Part shown: piece after piece, positions 13,654-14,391 of the stretch
Numbering within the stretch: the stretch's first letter is position 1
Layout of the letters: each line of letters opens with the position of its first letter
IMG/VR virus record: IMGVR_UViG_2675903650_000028
DNA from: a virus
Taxonomy: Duplodnaviria > Heunggongvirae > Uroviricota > Caudoviricetes
Reading direction: 5' to 3' (one strand)
DNA: 14,391 nt
The notes under the pieces: model-generated
Seen by the model: only the letters and a program-made list of their open reading frames with translations
Told to the model about the DNA's origin: nothing
Database searches by the model: none
Position numbers and translations under genes: made by a program

Positions 13654-14391
13654 GTGCGGGTATTACTTCGACCTGTTCCGGTACCGGAACTTGGGCTGGT
13701 GGTGCTAAAACCGGGCCGTGAATCCATGCAGGTATTTCATAACCCTCGAGTTCTGGTGGAGCCGGAACCGAAAAGCATGCGCGGTCTGCCGTCCGGAGTC
13801 GTTCCTGCCGTTCGCCAGCCATTGGCGGAGTATAAATCACTACTGCCATTTTTCAGCGATGAGCGGGTGATTCGTGCTGCTGGCGGTGCTGGTGCGCTGT
13901 CTGACTGGCTGTTACGCCACGTTAAATCCTGCCAGTGGCCACACGGCGATTATCATCACAGCGAAACCGTCATACATCGTTATGGTATCGGCGCAATGGT
14001 GTTGTGCTGGCACTGCGACAACCAGCTGCGTGACCAGACCTCCGAATCACTCGGGCAACTTGCTCATCAAAACCTGTCAGCATGGATGATTGACGTCATA
14101 CGTCACGCAATCAGCGGTACGCAGGAGAGGGAGTTATCGCTGGCCGAATTATCCTGGTGGGCGGTCTGCAATCAGGTGGCTGATGCGCTTCCGGAGTCTG
14201 TATTGCGTCGTTCACTGGGATTACCGGTGAAAAAAATCCGCTCCGTATACAGTGAGAGCGACATCGTACCGGGAGAACAGACAGCCACCAGCATACTGAA
14301 GCAGCGCACAAAAAATATTGCGCTACCGCCTCACGTCCACCAGCACCAGCAACAGAACCCACCACAGGAAAAGACGGTGGTCAGCATTGCC
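13654..14391 (+). CDS. Hypothetical phage protein, 3'-truncated by window end (possibly DUF968/YdfU-like)
   Basis: Not in the ORF track because no stop falls in the window. Open frame from GTG 13654 (SD GGAGG 13645-13649) to the window end, 246 codons, with His/Cys cluster C-x-W-P-H-G-D-Y-H-H ... C-W-H-C. Family assignment is by synteny only. Confidence 0.55.
   Translation, partial: MRVLLRPVPVPELGLVVLKPGRESMQVFHNPRVLVEPEPKSMRGLPSGVVPAVRQPLAEYKSLLPFFSDERVIRAAGGAGALSDWLLRHVKSCQWPHGDYHHSETVIHRYGIGAMVLCWHCDNQLRDQTSESLGQLAHQNLSAWMIDVIRHAISGTQERELSLAELSWWAVCNQVADALPESVLRRSLGLPVKKIRSVYSESDIVPGEQTATSILKQRTKNIALPPHVHQHQQQNPPQEKTVVSIA

Noticed and set aside
13410-14365. Minus-strand ORFs 13410-13727, 13595-13849, 14111-14365
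   Set aside because: Antisense to plus-strand ORFs that have good ribosome-binding sites; Gly/Pro/Arg-rich translations.
1-14391. CRISPR arrays, IS elements, rRNA or tRNA genes, relBE upstream of hok
   Set aside because: No regularly spaced direct repeats with spacers, no transposase-like ORF with terminal inverted repeats, no tRNA-like segments and no RelB/RelE-like ORFs were seen.

Overview
This window reads as the integration, early-left, immunity and replication part of a Qin/Kim-like lambdoid prophage (Escherichia-type), entered from its integrase end. All identifications rest on reading the six-frame translations and on recalled family motifs and synteny; no database search or folding was run. 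Gene order: tyrosine integrase, excisionase-like gene, an 826-aa RecE-like exonuclease, then a leftward dicB-type operon (ydfD, dicB, a DicF-like sRNA, ydfC, ydfB, ydfA) under the DicA repressor, with dicC divergent. Rightward follow a YdaT-like gene, an O-like initiator with an internal iteron origin, a DnaC-like loader, four unknown coupled genes, an AT-rich segment with a small membrane protein, a hok/sok-type locus, a Doc-family toxin cassette, a Rem-like ORF and a long ORF cut by the window end. Most worth a second look: (1) a low-GC 135-aa gene plus about 550 bp of structured non-coding DNA sitting inside the dicB operon; (2) the Doc-family cassette bracketed by two identical terminator hairpins; (3) a RecE-like protein whose C-terminus carries DEDDh 3'-5' exonuclease motifs and which has no RecT-type partner; (4) the unknown gene cluster and small membrane protein downstream of the replication genes. 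No CRISPR array, tRNA, rRNA or IS element was recognised.
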